64,000 nucleotides of DNA from Burkholderiales bacterium. GTDB taxonomy: Bacteria; Pseudomonadota; Gammaproteobacteria; Burkholderiales; SG8-39. The stretch lies in contig DASRFM010000031.1 in assembly GCA_035651575.1 (NCBI GenBank), positions 67,059-131,058 of the forward strand. The letters run 5' to 3'. The translations under genes and the position numbers were made by a program. Shown here piece after piece: positions 28,876 to 39,288 of the stretch (position 1 is its first letter; each line of letters starts with the position of its first letter). The notes under the pieces are model-generated. The model searched no databases, had not been told where the DNA came from, and worked only from the letters and a program-made list of their open reading frames with translations.

Positions 28876-29354
28876 GGCTTCTTTTTTTTCTTGGCCGGCT
28901 TCGCCGGCGGCACGAGGCTTTCCCGCTCCATCGGCGAGAGCGCCTGGTACTGGGCCCACTGCTCGCGCAGGTCGCCGCGCTTGGCGGGCTGCGACTTGGC
29001 GAGGTTCTTGTAGGACTCGCGTGCAACGCGGCGCTGCTCGGGCGTCAGCCGCACCCATTCATGCATGCGCTGCTGGACGCGCTCCTGCTGCGGCGGCGCG
29101 AGCTTCGGGTAGCGCTTCGCGATGGCGATCCACTTGCGCTTGCGCGTGCCGTCGAGCGTTTCCCAGTCGTTCTTGAGAGGCGCGAGGATCTGCTGCTGCT
29201 CCGCAGTGAGCTCGGCCCAAGCCGGGCGGCTCGGGCGTGGCGCCTTCGTCGCGGCCTTTTGCGCCTGCGCGGCCGCCTTCGGCGCGGGCGCAGGCTGGGC
29301 CGCGGCCCCCGCCGCAACGCATAGCGCGAGCACGAGCCAGGCGGCGCGGCGCAT
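28872..29354 (-). CDS. DUF3106-like secreted protein
   Basis: Signal peptide MRRAAWLVLALCVAAGAAAQ. Repeated W-x-x-L/P-x-E-Q-R helices and a Lys-rich C-terminus. Confidence 0.6.
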   Translation of the reverse strand: MRRAAWLVLALCVAAGAAAQPAPAPKAAAQAQKAATKAPRPSRPAWAELTAEQQQILAPLKNDWETLDGTRKRKWIAIAKRYPKLAPPQQERVQQRMHEWVRLTPEQRRVARESYKNLAKSQPAKRGDLREQWAQYQALSPMERESLVPPAKPAKKKKKP

Positions 29355-29734
29355 CACTCCTCCGCGGCGCGCGTCTTCAGGAAGTTCTGGAACCCGCGGT
29401 CGAGGTAGGCGTCGATCGGCAGGTCGCTCGTGAGGAGCTGCTCGTCGATCTCCACCACTTCGGCCGCGCGCTGATTCTGCTGCCAGGTGTAGATCGCCGA
29501 CACCGCGACGCCGAGGGCGACGACCGGGGCGAGGAGCCGAAGCGACAGGCCGCCCCAGCCGCCAAGCTCGACGACCGCGTGGCCCGCCCAGGCGAGCGCG
29601 CTTTCCGCCTCGGGGCGCTGGCGCTCGAGCGCGAGCTCGCGCGCGGCGCGCAGCCGGCCGAGCTTGCGCTCGTCCAGGCGCAAGCCCTGGTTCAGAAGGT
29701 GTGCAACGCGGTCGCCGAATTGTGGTTCGTTCAT
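29354..29734 (-). CDS. DUF3619-like single-pass membrane protein (possible anti-sigma partner)
   Basis: 126 aa with one TM segment (LRLLAPVVALGVAVSAIYTW). Lies immediately downstream of, and overlapping, the ECF sigma gene. Confidence 0.55.
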   Translation of the reverse strand: MNEPQFGDRVAHLLNQGLRLDERKLGRLRAARELALERQRPEAESALAWAGHAVVELGGWGGLSLRLLAPVVALGVAVSAIYTWQQNQRAAEVVEIDEQLLTSDLPIDAYLDRGFQNFLKTRAAEE

Positions 29735-30378
29735 GGCTTTTCCCGGACGTCCACGCCGCGCGCCCTAAGCGCAGTCGCCAAGGCATGCGCAGCTCTCGAG
29801 CAGTGCGTTTTCACGCTCCCCTCGGAGCAGCCCATGACCCGGGCGGTCTCGGCCACGTCCAGCTCCTCCCAGTAACGCATGATGAAAGCCTCGCGTTGAC
29901 GCGCGGGCAGCTTGGAAAGCTCTTGTTCAATTATTTCAAGCACTTGAGCCCGTTCCAGCTGGTCCTGCGGCGCCTCCTCGACATTTGACCCATCGGCCGC
30001 CTGCAGGGTTTCCAGCGGATCGCTGTCGTCATCGTCTTCCCGGCCGCCGGCGAGCGAGGAGAGGAGCGTCGTCCATAGCGAGCGCACCTTCTGGCGGCGG
30101 TAGTAGTCGCGGATCGCGTTCTGCACGATGCGGTGGAAGAGCAGCGGCAGCTCCGCTGCCGGCCGGTTGCCGTACTTCTCGGCGAGCCGCAGCATCGCGT
30201 CCTGCACGATGTCGAGCGCGGCTTCCTCGTCGCGCACGGCGAACATGGCCTGCTTGAATGCACGCCGCTCGACGCTTTCGAGAAAAGCGGAAAGCTCGCT
30301 GCGGGTTGCCAGGGTGAGACCCTCTGCCGGGGCGACGTTGTTTGCAGTCCATGGTACCAAAGTCGCGCCCGCTGGCAC
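29731..30378 (-). CDS. ECF-type RNA polymerase sigma-70 family factor
   Basis: Region 2 (ALDIVQDAMLRLAEKY, FHRIVQNAIRDYYRR) and region 4 (LPARQREAFIMRYWEELDVAETARVMGCSEGSVKTHCSRA). The GTG start is uncertain. Confidence 0.8.
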   Translation of the reverse strand: MPAGATLVPWTANNVAPAEGLTLATRSELSAFLESVERRAFKQAMFAVRDEEAALDIVQDAMLRLAEKYGNRPAAELPLLFHRIVQNAIRDYYRRQKVRSLWTTLLSSLAGGREDDDDSDPLETLQAADGSNVEEAPQDQLERAQVLEIIEQELSKLPARQREAFIMRYWEELDVAETARVMGCSEGSVKTHCSRAAHALATALRARGVDVREKP

Positions 30379-30389
30379 TCGCTATTCGC

Positions 30390-30418
30390 TTGACCGCATC
30401 GCAGCAAGCCTTTATTGT
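30390..30418 (+). promoter_or_regulatory. Candidate sigma70 promoter for ilvB (TTGACC-17 nt-TATTGT)
   Basis: TTGACC at 30390-30395 and TATTGT at 30413-30418, about 40 nt upstream of the ilvB ATG. Pattern match only. Confidence 0.35.
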
Positions 30419-30457
30419 GTAAAGCTTTTCCAGCGGGGCAGGGGATCGTTCAAGGGC

Positions 30458-32170
30458 ATGGACCGAGTCAAGACCAAGGAGCTCACCGGCGCCGAGATCG
30501 TGGTGCGCTGCCTCCAGGAGGAGGCCGTCGACTACGTCTTCGGCTATCCCGGCGGCGCGGTGCTCTTCATCTATGACGAGCTCTTCAAGCAGGACAAGGT
30601 CAAGCACGTCCTGGTGCGCCACGAGCAGGGCGCGGTGCACGCGGCCGACGGCTACTCGCGCTCCTCGAAGAAGGTCGGGGTCGCGCTCGTCACCTCGGGC
30701 CCCGGCGTCACCAACGCGGTCACCGGCATCGCGACCGCGTACATGGATTCCATCCCGATGGTCGTGATCACCGGGCAGGTGCCCACCCACGCGATCGGCC
30801 TGGACGCGTTCCAGGAGTGCGACACGGTCGGCATCACGCGCCCCATCGTGAAGCACAACATGCTGGTGAAGGACGTGCGCGAGCTCGCCTCGACGATGAA
30901 GAAGGCGTTCCACATCGCGACGACCGGGCGCCCCGGGCCGGTGGTGGTCGATATCCCGAAGGACGTCACCGCGGCGCTGTGCGAGTTCGACTATCCCGAG
31001 ACGGTCTCGATGCGCTCGTACAACCCCGTGCGCAAGGGCCATTCCGGGCAGATCAAGAAGGCGGTCCAGCTCCTCCTCGAGGCGCAGCGCCCGATGATCT
31101 ACACCGGGGGCGGCGTCGTGCTGTCGGATTCCTCCGCGCAGCTCAAGCAGCTCGTGAAGAAGCTCGGCTTCCCGTGCACCAACACGCTGATGGGCCTCGG
31201 CGCGTACCCGGCGACCGACGCCCAGTTCCTCGGCATGCTCGGCATGCACGGCACCTATGAGGCGAACATGGCGATGCAGCACTGCGACGTGCTGCTCGCG
31301 ATCGGCGCGCGCTTCGACGACCGCGTCATCGGCAACCCGGCGCACTTCGCGCAGAACCCGCGCAAGATCATCCACGTCGACATCGATCCGTCGTCCATCT
31401 CCAAGCGGGTGAAGGTCGACGTGCCGATCGTCGGCAACATTCCGGACGTGCTGGACGAGGTGCTGAAGCTCCTCAAGGAGGCCCAGGCGCCGGACGTCAA
31501 GGCCTGGTGGAGGCAGATCGAGGAGTGGCGCAAGAAGGACTGCCTGCGCTACGACCGCAGCTCGAAGATCATCAAGCCGCAGTTCGTGCTGGAGAAGCTC
31601 TACGAGGTCACCCGGGGCGACGCCTTCGTCACGTCGGACGTCGGCCAGCACCAGATGTGGGCGGCGCAGTTCTACAAGTTCGACCAGCCGCGCCGCTGGA
31701 TCAACTCCGGCGGCCTGGGCACCATGGGCTTCGGCCTGCCCGCCGCGATGGGGGTGCAGCTCGCCAATCCCGGCGCGACGGTCGCCTGCGTGACCGGCGA
31801 ATCCTCGATCCAGATGTGCCTGCAGGAGCTCTCCACCTGCAAGCAGTATCGCCTGCCGATCAAGATCGTGAACCTCAACAACAAGTACATGGGCATGGTG
31901 CGCCAGTGGCAGCAGTTCTTCCACGGCAACCGCTATTCCGAGTCGTACATGGACGCGCTGCCCGACTTCGTCAAGCTCGCGGAAGGCTACGGGCACCGCG
32001 GCCTGCTGGTCGAGAGGCCGGCCGACGTCGAGCCGGCGCTGAAGGAGGCGTTTTCCAGGAAGAGCGAGCTCGTCTTCCTCGACTTCATCACCGACCAGAC
32101 CGAGAACGTCTATCCGATGATCCCCGGCGGCAAGGGCATCACGGAGATGATTCTTTCCGAAGAGCTATAG
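30458..32170 (+). CDS. ilvB: Acetolactate synthase large (catalytic) subunit
   Basis: ThDP enzyme motifs GYPGGAVL, HEQGAVHAADGY and GGLGTMGFGLPAAMG. 570 aa. Confidence 0.95.
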   Translation: MDRVKTKELTGAEIVVRCLQEEAVDYVFGYPGGAVLFIYDELFKQDKVKHVLVRHEQGAVHAADGYSRSSKKVGVALVTSGPGVTNAVTGIATAYMDSIPMVVITGQVPTHAIGLDAFQECDTVGITRPIVKHNMLVKDVRELASTMKKAFHIATTGRPGPVVVDIPKDVTAALCEFDYPETVSMRSYNPVRKGHSGQIKKAVQLLLEAQRPMIYTGGGVVLSDSSAQLKQLVKKLGFPCTNTLMGLGAYPATDAQFLGMLGMHGTYEANMAMQHCDVLLAIGARFDDRVIGNPAHFAQNPRKIIHVDIDPSSISKRVKVDVPIVGNIPDVLDEVLKLLKEAQAPDVKAWWRQIEEWRKKDCLRYDRSSKIIKPQFVLEKLYEVTRGDAFVTSDVGQHQMWAAQFYKFDQPRRWINSGGLGTMGFGLPAAMGVQLANPGATVACVTGESSIQMCLQELSTCKQYRLPIKIVNLNNKYMGMVRQWQQFFHGNRYSESYMDALPDFVKLAEGYGHRGLLVERPADVEPALKEAFSRKSELVFLDFITDQTENVYPMIPGGKGITEMILSEEL

Positions 32171-32178
32171 AAGGGCGC

Positions 32179-32670
32179 ATGCGCCATATCATCTCGATCC
32201 TCGTCGAGAACGAGGCGGGTGCGCTGTCCCGCATCTCGGGGCTGTTCTCGGCGCGCGGCTACAACATCGAGTCGCTCACCGTGGCGCCGACCGAGGACGC
32301 GTCGATGTCGCGCATGACGATCGTGACCACGGGATCGGAGGACGTGGTCGAGCAGATCACGAAGCAGCTGAACAAGCTCGTCGACGTGGTGAAGGTGGTG
32401 GACCTGTCCGAGGCCGAGCACATCGAGCGCGAGCTGATGCTCATCAAGGTGCGCGCCGGCGCCAAGGAGCGCGAGGACATGAAGCGCATGGCGGACATCT
32501 TCCGCGGGCGCATCATCGACGTCTCCGACAACACCTACACCATCGAGCTCACGGGCGACGGCCGCAAGCTCGACGCCTTCATCCAGGCGCTCGAGCCCGG
32601 CAGCATCATGGAGACGGTGCGCACCGGCACGAGCGGCATCGGCCGCGGCAACCGCATCCTTCGCGTTTAA
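32179..32670 (+). CDS. ilvH: Acetolactate synthase small (regulatory) subunit
   Basis: MRHIISILVENEAGALSRISGLFSARGYNIESL (ACT domain). 163 aa. Confidence 0.9.
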   Translation: MRHIISILVENEAGALSRISGLFSARGYNIESLTVAPTEDASMSRMTIVTTGSEDVVEQITKQLNKLVDVVKVVDLSEAEHIERELMLIKVRAGAKEREDMKRMADIFRGRIIDVSDNTYTIELTGDGRKLDAFIQALEPGSIMETVRTGTSGIGRGNRILRV

Positions 32671-33723
<1,053 letters not shown>

Positions 33724-33730
33724 GGGGCGG

Positions 33731-34381
33731 TTGAAGAACTACCCGCACCCGATCATCGCGCGCGAGGGCTGGCCGTTCCTCGCGATCGCTGTGCTTGCTT
33801 CTCTCCTGGCGAGCGCCTTCTTCGGCTGGTGGTCGCTGCCCTTGTGGCTGGCGAGCGTTTTCATCCTGCAGTTCTTCCGCGACCCGGCGCGCGAGGCCCC
33901 GCAGGACGCGCGCGCCGTGCTCGCGCCGGCCGACGGCCGCGTCGTCGAGGTGTCGCGCTCGCAGGACCCCTATGTGCGGCGCGAGGCGCAGAAGGTGAGC
34001 ATCTTCATGAACGTCTTCAACGTGCATTCCAACCGCTCGCCGGTGGAGGGCACGGTGCAGGAGCGCTGGTACTTCCCGGGCGCGTTCCTGAACGCCGCGC
34101 TCGACAAGGCGTCGCTCGCGAACGAGCGCAACGCGCTCTGGCTGCGCACGCGCGACGGCCAGGACGTCACCTGCGTGCAGGTGGCGGGGCTGATCGCGCG
34201 CCGCATCCTGTGCTATGTTGCCGCCGGCGCCGAGCTCGGGCGCGGACAGCGCTTCGGCTTCATCCGCTTCGGCTCGCGCGTCGACGTCTACCTGCCGCTC
34301 GACGCCGAGATCAAGGCCGCGATCGGCGAGAAGGTCTCCGCCGGAGAAACCGTGATCGCGAGGCTCGCTTCGCATGGCTGA
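33731..34381 (+). CDS. psd: Phosphatidylserine decarboxylase (short Asd-type proenzyme)
   Basis: TTG start. FFRDP, SPADG-like APADGRV and the FGSRVD (G-S cleavage site) motifs. Confidence 0.85.
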   Translation: MKNYPHPIIAREGWPFLAIAVLASLLASAFFGWWSLPLWLASVFILQFFRDPAREAPQDARAVLAPADGRVVEVSRSQDPYVRREAQKVSIFMNVFNVHSNRSPVEGTVQERWYFPGAFLNAALDKASLANERNALWLRTRDGQDVTCVQVAGLIARRILCYVAAGAELGRGQRFGFIRFGSRVDVYLPLDAEIKAAIGEKVSAGETVIARLASHG

Positions 34382-35183
34382 AGACCCGGACCCCGATCTC
34401 GAGCACGAGGCGGAGCACGACGAGCGGCCCGCAGCGCGGGCGCCCTTCGGCGGCCTGCGCCGCCGCGGCATCTACCTCCTGCCCAATCTCTTCACCACGG
34501 GCGTTCTCTTCTGCGGCTTCTACGCCATCGTGCAGGCGATGAACGACCGCTTCGAGGTCGCGGCGATCGCCGTGTTCGTCGCCATGGTGCTTGACGCGAT
34601 GGACGGGCGGGTCGCGCGCTGGACCCAGACACAGAGCGAGTTCGGCGCGCAGTACGACAGCATCGCCGACATGGTCGCGTTCGGCGCCGCGCCGGCGCTC
34701 ATCGCCTACGAATGGGCGCTGAAGGACCTCGGCACCGGCGGCTGGATCGGCGCGTTCATCTACTGCGCCGGGACGGGGATCCGCCTTGCGCGCTTCAACG
34801 CCAACCTCGGCGTCGTGGACAAGCGCTACTTCCAGGGCCTGCCGAGCCCCTCCGGCGCCGCGGTGATCACGGGCTTCGTGTGGATGCTCAGCGACTTCGG
34901 GCTCGAGCCGGGGGAGTACCTGTCGATCACCGGGCTCACCTGGCTCGTGGCAGTGTTCGCCGGCGTGACCATGGTGTCCAACGTTCCCTTCTACAGCTTC
35001 AAGGAAGTGAACTGGAAGAAGCGCGTGCCGCTGTGGGTGATCCTCGCCGCGGTGGCGGCGTTCTCGGTCATCGCCTCCCGGCCCTCGCTCGTGCTGTTCG
35101 CGCTTTTCTTCGGCTATTCGCTCTCCGGCTACGTCATGTGGGCGATGGGGCAGCGCGTTCGTTCCGTGTTGCCGGAGGAATGA
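34374..35183 (+). CDS. pssA: CDP-diacylglycerol--serine O-phosphatidyltransferase
   Basis: CDP-alcohol phosphatidyltransferase motif DAMDGRVAR...G...DSIAD. Multi-pass membrane protein. Confidence 0.85.
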   Translation: MAEDPDPDLEHEAEHDERPAARAPFGGLRRRGIYLLPNLFTTGVLFCGFYAIVQAMNDRFEVAAIAVFVAMVLDAMDGRVARWTQTQSEFGAQYDSIADMVAFGAAPALIAYEWALKDLGTGGWIGAFIYCAGTGIRLARFNANLGVVDKRYFQGLPSPSGAAVITGFVWMLSDFGLEPGEYLSITGLTWLVAVFAGVTMVSNVPFYSFKEVNWKKRVPLWVILAAVAAFSVIASRPSLVLFALFFGYSLSGYVMWAMGQRVRSVLPEE

Positions 35184-35199
35184 ACGGAGGAAGGCCCCG

Positions 35200-35526
35200 A
35201 TGATCCACGAGCTGCGCATCTACCGCTGCGTTCCCGGACGCCTGCCCGCCCTGCACAAGCGCTTCCAGGGCGCGACGCTCGCGCTGTGGGAGAAGCACGG
35301 CATCCGCCAGGTCGGCTTCTGGACGGTGCTCGTCGGCGACGGCAACCAGGATCTCTACTACCTGCTCGAATGGAAGGACATGGCGGAGCGCGAGCAGAAG
35401 TGGGGCGCCTTCCAGGCCGACCCGGAGTGGCAGGCGAAGCGCGCCGAGAGCGAGCGCGACGGCGCCATCGTCGCGAACGTGACCAGCAGCTTCCTCGCGC
35501 CCACCCCCTATTCGCGGCTCAGGTAA
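35200..35526 (+). CDS. NIPSNAP-family protein
   Basis: MIHELRIYRCVPGR and the YYLLEWKDMAEREQKW pattern. GGAGGA RBS upstream. Confidence 0.7.
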   Translation: MIHELRIYRCVPGRLPALHKRFQGATLALWEKHGIRQVGFWTVLVGDGNQDLYYLLEWKDMAEREQKWGAFQADPEWQAKRAESERDGAIVANVTSSFLAPTPYSRLR

Positions 35527-35540
35527 TTCGGTGGTATAGT
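35511..35540 (+). promoter_or_regulatory. Candidate promoter upstream of the leuA leader (TTCGCG-18 nt-TATAGT)
   Basis: TATAGT at 35535-35540 and TTCGCG at 35511-35516. Pattern match only. Confidence 0.3.
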
Positions 35541-35547
35541 CGCCGCC

Positions 35548-35625
35548 ATGCATCAGGCCCTCGCTTCGCTCCTCTCGCCCGCGCTCCTCGCGCTGGGCGG
35601 CCTGCTGCTGCGCCCCGCGCGCTAA
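35548..35625 (+). promoter_or_regulatory. Candidate Leu-rich leader peptide ORF of leuA (MHQALASLLSPALLALGGLLLRPAR)
   Basis: 25-codon ORF with 9 Leu codons, including a CTG CTG CTG run, in the 189-nt leuA upstream region. It is followed by a 7-bp hairpin at 35658-35678. Confidence 0.4.
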
Positions 35626-35715
35626 ATTCCCCGACCCACAATCCGAGCTTCGACCGCTCTGCCCCCACAAAGGGCAGAAAGGGACAAGTCCATCCTCATC
35701 CAGGGAAAACTGCAC

Positions 35716-37284
35716 ATGAACGACGTGACCCCCAAAGGCAGCCAAGACAACTTGATCATCTTCGACACCACCATGCGCGACGGCGAGCAGAGCCCCGGCG
35801 CGTCCATGACCAAGGACGAGAAGCTGCGCATCGCGCGCGCCCTGGAGCGCATGCGCGTCGACGTGATCGAGGCGGGTTTCCCGGCGGCGTCGAACGGCGA
35901 CTTCGAGGCGGTGCAGGCGATCGCCAACGTCGTCAAGGATTCGACCGTGTGCGGCCTGTGCCGGGCGAACGACCGCGACATCCAGCGCGGCATCGACGCC
36001 CTGAAGGGCGCGAAGTCGCCGCGCATCCACGTGTTCCTCGCCACGAGCGCGCTGCACATGGAGAAGAAGCTGCGCATGACGCCCGCGCAGGTGCACGAGC
36101 AGGCGAAGCTCTCCATCAAGTTCGCGCGCAAGGCCTGCGCGGACGTCGAGTTCTCGCCGGAAGACGGCAGCCGCTCGGACCCGGACTTCCTCTGCCGCGT
36201 GCTCGAGTCGGTCATCGCCGAGGGCGCCACCACGATCAACATCCCCGACACGGTGGGCTACGCGGTTCCGGAGCAATTCGGACTTTTCATCAAGGACCTG
36301 AGGACGCGGATCCCGAACTCGGACAAGGCGGTGTGGTCGGTGCACTGCCACAACGACCTCGGCATGGCGGTCGCCAACTCGCTCGCCGCGGTGAAGATCG
36401 GCGGCGCACGCCAGATCGAGTGCACGATCAACGGCCTCGGCGAGCGCGCGGGCAACACCTCGCTCGAGGAAGTCGTGATGGCGGTGCGCACGCGGAAGGA
36501 TTTTTTCAACCTGAAAACGAAGATCGATGCGACGCACATCGTGCCGACGTCGCGCCTCGTGTCGCAGATCACCGGCTTCGTGGTGCAGCCCAACAAGGCG
36601 GTGGTGGGCGCCAATGCCTTCGCGCACGCCTCGGGCATCCACCAGGACGGCGTGCTGAAGGCGCGCGACACCTACGAGATCATGCGCGCCGAGGACGTGG
36701 GCTGGACCACCAACAAGATCGTGCTCGGCAAGCTCTCGGGCAGGAACGCGTTCAAGCAGCGCCTGAAGGAGCTCGGCGTCGAGCTCGAGAGCGAGGACGC
36801 CTACAACAAGGCCTTCCAGCGCTTCAAGGACCTCGCCGACAAGAAGGCCGAGATCTTCGACGAGGACCTGATGGCGCTCGTCGCGCAGGAGGCGGGCCTC
36901 TCGTCGGAGGAGCACTGGAAGCTCGTCACCATGAACCAGGCGAGCGGCATGGGACAGAAGCCTTTTGCAAAGATCACCCTCCTCGAAGCCGGCCATGAGA
37001 AGCAATCCGAATCCCAGGGCGACGGGCCGGTCGACGCGACGTTCAAGGCGATCGAGGCCCTGGCGAAGAGCGGCGCGGAGCTGCTGCTCTACTCGGTGAA
37101 CGCCGTCACGCAGGGCACCGAGTCGCAGGGCGAGGTGACGGTGCGGCTCTCGAAGGGCGGGCGCATCGTCAACGGCGTGGGCGCCGACACCGACATCGTC
37201 GTCGCCTCCGCCAAGGCCTACATCAGCGCGCTGAACAAGCTGGAGAGCAAGGTCGAGCGGGTCAACCCGCAGCATCAGCACTAG
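35716..37284 (+). CDS. leuA: 2-isopropylmalate synthase
   Basis: [15 protein letters not shown] and [16 protein letters not shown] motifs, plus the C-terminal LeuA dimerisation/regulatory domain. 522 aa. Confidence 0.95.
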   Translation: MNDVTPKGSQDNLIIFDTTMRDGEQSPGASMTKDEKLRIARALERMRVDVIEAGFPAASNGDFEAVQAIANVVKDSTVCGLCRANDRDIQRGIDALKGAKSPRIHVFLATSALHMEKKLRMTPAQVHEQAKLSIKFARKACADVEFSPEDGSRSDPDFLCRVLESVIAEGATTINIPDTVGYAVPEQFGLFIKDLRTRIPNSDKAVWSVHCHNDLGMAVANSLAAVKIGGARQIECTINGLGERAGNTSLEEVVMAVRTRKDFFNLKTKIDATHIVPTSRLVSQITGFVVQPNKAVVGANAFAHASGIHQDGVLKARDTYEIMRAEDVGWTTNKIVLGKLSGRNAFKQRLKELGVELESEDAYNKAFQRFKDLADKKAEIFDEDLMALVAQEAGLSSEEHWKLVTMNQASGMGQKPFAKITLLEAGHEKQSESQGDGPVDATFKAIEALAKSGAELLLYSVNAVTQGTESQGEVTVRLSKGGRIVNGVGADTDIVVASAKAYISALNKLESKVERVNPQHQH

Positions 37285-37285
37285 G

Positions 37286-38299
37286 GTGAGGAGGGCCGCG
37301 CCGCCGGGCGTCACGGACACCGAGGACCGCTATTACGGGATGCTCGCCGGCGCGGCGGCGGCGCGGGTGCTCGAGTCGGTCGAGGCCGTCGGCCTTGCGC
37401 CCCTGCTCGCGCGCGGCAAGGCGCTCAAGCCTGAGGCCATCGCCACGGCGCTGAAGCTCGACGTGAAGCGCGCGTGGAAATGGTTCGGCCTGCTCGAGCA
37501 GATGGGGTTGCTTGAGCGCGAAGGCGCTGCGCGCTACCGCGCCGGTCCGCTCATGCGCTCGATGTTCTCTCCGCAGGGGAAGCTGCTCTTCTTCTACCGC
37601 GACTTCCTGCGCTACTTCAACGTCGTCATGGGCTTCGATCTCGCGGCGGTGCTGCGCGGCGCGCCGGTCGCCGGCGTGCCGTACCCGCCGCAGACGCCCC
37701 TCGAGGTGGAGCTGCTGGAAGCGTGGATGCGCACCACGGCGCAGGGCACGCTCGCGCGCATGGAGCGCGCGATACGCTTCTCCGCAGTCTCGCGCCTGCT
37801 CGACGTCGCGGGCGGCGACGCGACGATGGCGATTGCGCAGGCAAGGCGCCATCCTCGCCTGCACGTCACGGTCTTCAACCTGCCGGCTTCCGCGGCGCTC
37901 GCCCGCAAGAATGTCGCCGCGGCGAGATTGCAGAAGAGGATCGACGTCGTCGAGGGCGACTTCCGCCGGGATCCGCTGCCGCGCGGCTACGACATGGTGC
38001 GCTTCTCGCGCGTGCTCGCCGATTGGCCCGAAGAGGTGTGCGGCATGCTCCTCGCGAAGGCGCACGCGTCCCTCGAGCCGCGCGGAAGGGTACTGATCTG
38101 CGAGCCGCTCGCCGACGACAATCCTGCGCTGGTCTTCGCCTGGCATTTCAGCTACCTGCCCTACGACGACTTCGGCGTCGGCGTGTACAAGCCGGCGGCG
38201 GCCTATCGCCGCCTGCTCGCCGACGCGGGCTTCAGGCGCGTCACGGTGAAGCCGCGCGACCGCGAAAGCATCCACTCGGTCATCGTGGCCGCAAAGTGA
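37286..38299 (+). CDS. Methyltransf_2-type SAM-dependent O-methyltransferase with N-terminal winged-helix/dimerisation region
   Basis: LLDVAGGDATMAIA (motif I), DVVEGDF, YDMVRFSRVL and GRVLICEP. The start is ambiguous: GTG 37286 lies 2 nt after the leuA stop, and ATG 37340 is the alternative. Confidence 0.7.
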   Translation: MRRAAPPGVTDTEDRYYGMLAGAAAARVLESVEAVGLAPLLARGKALKPEAIATALKLDVKRAWKWFGLLEQMGLLEREGAARYRAGPLMRSMFSPQGKLLFFYRDFLRYFNVVMGFDLAAVLRGAPVAGVPYPPQTPLEVELLEAWMRTTAQGTLARMERAIRFSAVSRLLDVAGGDATMAIAQARRHPRLHVTVFNLPASAALARKNVAAARLQKRIDVVEGDFRRDPLPRGYDMVRFSRVLADWPEEVCGMLLAKAHASLEPRGRVLICEPLADDNPALVFAWHFSYLPYDDFGVGVYKPAAAYRRLLADAGFRRVTVKPRDRESIHSVIVAAK

Positions 38300-39288
38300 A
38301 GGCGCCGCCTGCGATCTACGTCAGCGGCGTCGCGGGCGGGACCAATCCGTCGCCCGGCGTGGGGATCGCGCGCTGCCTGCGCGAGGCGTTCCCCGCTGCG
38401 CGGCTCATCGCCGTGGATTACAGCCCGCACAGCGCCGGCCTCGCCTGGGCGGACTTCGACGAATGCATCGTGCGTCCTTCGTGGCTCCTGCGCGGGCCGC
38501 AGCGGCACGTTGCCTACGTCCGCTCGGTCCTCGCTCGCGGGGGCATCTGGCTGTCGTGCCTCGACCTCGAGCTGCGCCTGCTCGCGCCGCACCTGCGTCG
38601 CCGTGCGCTGGCGCCTTGCCCGCCGCTGCGCGCGCTGCGCTGGGCGCGCAAGCCCGCGGCCGAGATCGCACGCCGGCTCGGCCTCGCGGCGCCGCCCTCG
38701 CTTCGGGTGGGCAGGAACAGCGATGCCGTGCTCGGGGCGTTCTGCCGGGAGCACGGCTGGCCGGTATGGGTGAAAGGGCCCGACTACGGCGCAGCGCCGA
38801 TCTGGTCCTGGTACGAGCTCGCGCCGGCCTTGCGCGAAATGGCGGCGCTCTGGGGCGGGCGCGAAAGGCTCCTTCTCCAGGCGCACAGCGACGGCCACGA
38901 CGTCACCCTCGCATTCGCCGCGCTCGGCGGCCGGCTGCTCGGCGCCGCGCAGCTCGAGAAGCTCGAGCGCACCGCCGAGGGCAAGGTCTGGCGCGGGCGC
39001 GTGAGCGCGGTGCCGCAGCCGCTCGAGCGCAGGCTGCGCGCGCTGGTTCGCGATGCGCGCTGGTCGGGAGGCGGCGAGATCGAGTGCGTGCGCGACCGCG
39101 CGTCGCGGCTGTGGCTCGTCGAATGCAATCCGCGCTTCCCGGCCTGGATCTACGGCGCGGCGCTCGCCGGCCGCAACCTTCCGGGGCTGCTGGTGGGCAC
39201 CCTGACTGGCGAGAAGCTTGCGCAACCCCGCAGGCGCGAGCGCGGCACCTTCACGCGCATTGTCCTGGAGAATCCGGCTCCCCTATAA
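38296..39288 (+). CDS. ATP-grasp domain protein (carboxylate-amine/peptide ligase type)
   Basis: GTGA overlap with the methyltransferase stop. Has a Rossmann-like pre-ATP-grasp N-terminus, WPVWVKGPDYG, and a LWLVECNPRFPAW metal/ATP-site motif. 330 aa. Confidence 0.7.
   Translation: MKAPPAIYVSGVAGGTNPSPGVGIARCLREAFPAARLIAVDYSPHSAGLAWADFDECIVRPSWLLRGPQRHVAYVRSVLARGGIWLSCLDLELRLLAPHLRRRALAPCPPLRALRWARKPAAEIARRLGLAAPPSLRVGRNSDAVLGAFCREHGWPVWVKGPDYGAAPIWSWYELAPALREMAALWGGRERLLLQAHSDGHDVTLAFAALGGRLLGAAQLEKLERTAEGKVWRGRVSAVPQPLERRLRALVRDARWSGGGEIECVRDRASRLWLVECNPRFPAWIYGAALAGRNLPGLLVGTLTGEKLAQPRRRERGTFTRIVLENPAPL

Noticed and set aside
35658-35678. The hairpin TCTGCCC-N7-GGGCAGA downstream of the leu leader ORF, considered as a classical intrinsic attenuator terminator.
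   Set aside because: No U-tract follows it (AAGGGACAAG). It is kept only as part of the leader finding, not called a terminator.
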